A DNA stretch of 29,340 nt from a virus (Duplodnaviria; Caudoviricetes): the IMG/VR virus record IMGVR_UViG_3300037419_000226, positions 1 through 29,340 of that record. One strand, 5' to 3'. Shown in pieces: positions 27,463 to 29,340 of this stretch (position 1 is its first letter; the number at the start of each line of letters is the position of its first letter). Below the pieces are notes generated by a model, which was given only the letters and a program-made list of their open reading frames with translations, did not search any database and had not been told where the DNA came from. The position numbers were made by a program, and so were the translations under genes.

Positions 27463-27549
27463 TCATTCGGGTAGATTTTTATTTATTGTATTTGTATAAT
27501 TAATTTTAAAGAATAAATAGGGAAGACTCCTGCTTTTAAACTTGTACAT
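27463..27549 (-). CDS. Small ORF, 28 aa (MYKFKSRSLPYLFFKINYTNTINKNLPE)
   Basis: Perfect RBS AAGGAGGT 8 nt before ATG; TGA overlaps the 27466 ATG of the phoH frame. Below ORF-track cutoff. Confidence 0.5.
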   Translation of the reverse strand: MYKFKSRSLPYLFFKINYTNTINKNLPE

Positions 27550-27580
27550 TAGCATTTACCTCCTTTAACCACCATCCAAT

Positions 27581-27604
27581 GAAAAAGGCTACATCCTTAG
27601 AGCC
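27581..27604 (-). terminator. Weak possible terminator after yonO
   Basis: Minus strand GGCT...AGCC followed by TTTTTC; short stem. Confidence 0.3.
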
Positions 27605-27657
27605 ACAAGAGATTGTCGCTTTCTTCGCATTAAAAGTTCGATAGAAACGTTGTTATA

Positions 27658-29340
27658 TCAAGGATTATCGTGTTTGATTTTCGCTACCAACCTATTTCGT
27701 TTCCATTCTCTCTTTCTTATTTTCTCTTTTTCAATTGCGCATTTATCACAGTATTTTTTTGTATTGTATTCTTCAATTCTATCTCCACAACTCTCGCATT
27801 GTTTTGTATTTTTTAAGTTTTGCCTAATATTTTTTACTAAAATGTCCCCGAATGTATTCCACAAAGTTGTTTTATGTTTACTGTTCTTAGTTTCATATAA
27901 ATATTTAACCAATACATCAGTAACGTATTCAGGATCATCATTCACACTTAATAAATCATTTCTAAGTGCTTTATAGAAATACGACACTTCATTACTGTCC
28001 AAGTCATATTTTTTATTCATTAGCATTCTTTTGTTTTTATCATATCTTGCATAAGTTTTTATTATCTTACTGTTTAAATTTACATTATCCCTATTGATCA
28101 ATATTTTGTAATCTAATTCACCAGCAATTCTTTTAAATTGAATCGACTTGTTAGGAACGATGTAATTTAACCTATTCACAACGCTATCATTAACTATTTC
28201 AACATTTTTCTCCTCTTTATCCTTCGCATATACAAAGAAGTGGGGGACTTTTGCTTTTATGTACTTAGAGATGATATCATTCACTTCTTTTGGTCTACTC
28301 GGAATATAAAGTGTCTTGGCAAAGTCGATGGTAAAGTTATTTTCCATACAAAGCCACTTAATTACATCTAAATTTACATTGTCACTATTCCATATCTTCG
28401 TGATATTATTACTAATCTCTCCGATATTTGCCTTGTATGCCGACACCAAACTTTTATAAATATCCTCACTGTTGATTTGTTCAGCAGGTGCTTTTGCCAT
28501 TTCATAATAAAGAGGAACAATGCCTTTCATATTGCGTTCAGCTACAGACACAAGAACTTCATCTTGGATAACGAGGCTTTTATCTCCATCATTATCGAAT
28601 TGGAGCATTTTACTAATTGGATCATGAACGCTAGTGTAGATCCCATGAGTGATGAACCATTTTGACTTTACTTCATCTAACACATTTTCTCTTACACCAT
28701 GTTCACGATATAAATGTGGCGCACGTAAACAATCCACTTTACCAGTATCAAAAATGTCACAATAAACTTCACCTTTTTTGAGTAGTCCATTTGGTTGTTT
28801 GATTCCAAGAAATAACCTTTCACAAAAGGCGTATAAGTCAGGACAAAGGAAGGTGTACTTACCTTTTACATTTAATTTACCTGAACGTGCATCCCTAATT
28901 AATCGTTTCTTTTTGTCCTTGATTACTTGTTTTGAATGTTCATCATTTAGTAACTCAGGATAGAAACTTAATGCTTGCTGGAAGTAATTTTTTCGTTTAT
29001 TTGTTTCCGTTGCACCAATAACTCTCAACATGGTTTCTTTGTCACTGCCAATTTTCAAAATGTCTTGAACAGTGTCTTGACTGATTTTCGTTAATTCTTC
29101 ATCTGTCATATCAGTGAGCGTTTGGATCATCTGATAATTGATATTGGCATCAGCAGAAACATCTTCCTCATTTAACCTTGCAGCTTGACATTGATGTTTA
29201 GTGAATTTCTCTTTGTAGTCATCCCAATCCTTATAATACTTCCACATTTTAAATTGTGACTTAGTGAAAATGACTTCAATTTTATCCTTAAAAATATCCC
29301 ATTCTTTACCGTAAATATCCTTTACTATGTGCGATTTATG
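27658..29340 (-). CDS. yonO: Single-subunit two-barrel DNA-dependent RNA polymerase, YonO-like (5'-truncated)
   Basis: Catalytic QFDNDGD (DxDGD), LRAPHL, IGEISNNITK, IDFAKT; C-terminal CESC...CDKC Zn ribbon. Frame stays open from 29247 to the window end (HKSHIVKDIYGKEWDIFKDKIEVIFTKSQFK). Confidence 0.9.
   Translation of the reverse strand, partial: HKSHIVKDIYGKEWDIFKDKIEVIFTKSQFKMWKYYKDWDDYKEKFTKHQCQAARLNEEDVSADANINYQMIQTLTDMTDEELTKISQDTVQDILKIGSDKETMLRVIGATETNKRKNYFQQALSFYPELLNDEHSKQVIKDKKKRLIRDARSGKLNVKGKYTFLCPDLYAFCERLFLGIKQPNGLLKKGEVYCDIFDTGKVDCLRAPHLYREHGVRENVLDEVKSKWFITHGIYTSVHDPISKMLQFDNDGDKSLVIQDEVLVSVAERNMKGIVPLYYEMAKAPAEQINSEDIYKSLVSAYKANIGEISNNITKIWNSDNVNLDVIKWLCMENNFTIDFAKTLYIPSRPKEVNDIISKYIKAKVPHFFVYAKDKEEKNVEIVNDSVVNRLNYIVPNKSIQFKRIAGELDYKILINRDNVNLNSKIIKTYARYDKNKRMLMNKKYDLDSNEVSYFYKALRNDLLSVNDDPEYVTDVLVKYLYETKNSKHKTTLWNTFGDILVKNIRQNLKNTKQCESCGDRIEEYNTKKYCDKCAIEKEKIRKREWKRNRLVAKIKHDNP

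Larger units (their letters stand above)
1..29340 (-). mobile_element. SPbeta-like temperate siphophage late/morphogenesis region (extends beyond both window edges)
   Basis: Co-oriented gene order RNAP(YonO)-yonK-yonJ-terminase-portal-scaffold-capsid-tail-recombinase-TMP matches SPbeta cluster yonO..yomI. No tail sheath gene; long TMP. Confidence 0.93.

Noticed and set aside
20-28963. All plus-strand ORFs in the track (e.g. 2587-2979, 9067-9360, 10425-10820, 18077-18391, 27650-27976)
   Set aside because: Antisense shadows of long minus-strand genes; Ser/Phe/Ile-rich composition typical of reverse-complement coding, no recognisable motifs.
1-29340. tRNA, rRNA, CRISPR array, IS element, att site
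   Set aside because: No cloverleaf, regularly spaced repeats or transposase seen; intergenic gaps are short and explained by hairpins and RBSs.

Overview
This window is the late/morphogenesis region of an SPbeta-like temperate siphophage (prophage or phage) of a low-GC Bacillaceae host. All credible genes are on the minus strand. In transcription order (right to left): a YonO-type single-subunit RNA polymerase (5'-truncated by the window edge), a 28-aa small ORF, a PIN-PhoH protein, YonK, a YonJ-like metallophosphoesterase, a beta-helix fibre/spike, a ClpP-like protease, the YonG/YonF terminase pair, portal, head protease/scaffold, decoration and major capsid proteins, a free-standing GIY-YIG endonuclease, head-tail joining genes, major tail protein, a second beta-helix fibre, YomO/YomN-like tail proteins, a YomM-like tyrosine recombinase, a lipoprotein moron, a 1632-aa tape measure protein and a 3'-truncated FN3-like tail protein. 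The most notable unexplained structure is (i) a recurrent AAATTAAYYAAAC motif followed by a hairpin at many late intergenic regions, a candidate YonO cis-element, (ii) an RBS-sequestering hairpin with a -10 box inside it at the lipoprotein moron, and (iii) two fibre genes sharing an N-terminal peptide. SPbeta gene-name assignments rest on remembered motifs and synteny, not on database searches.
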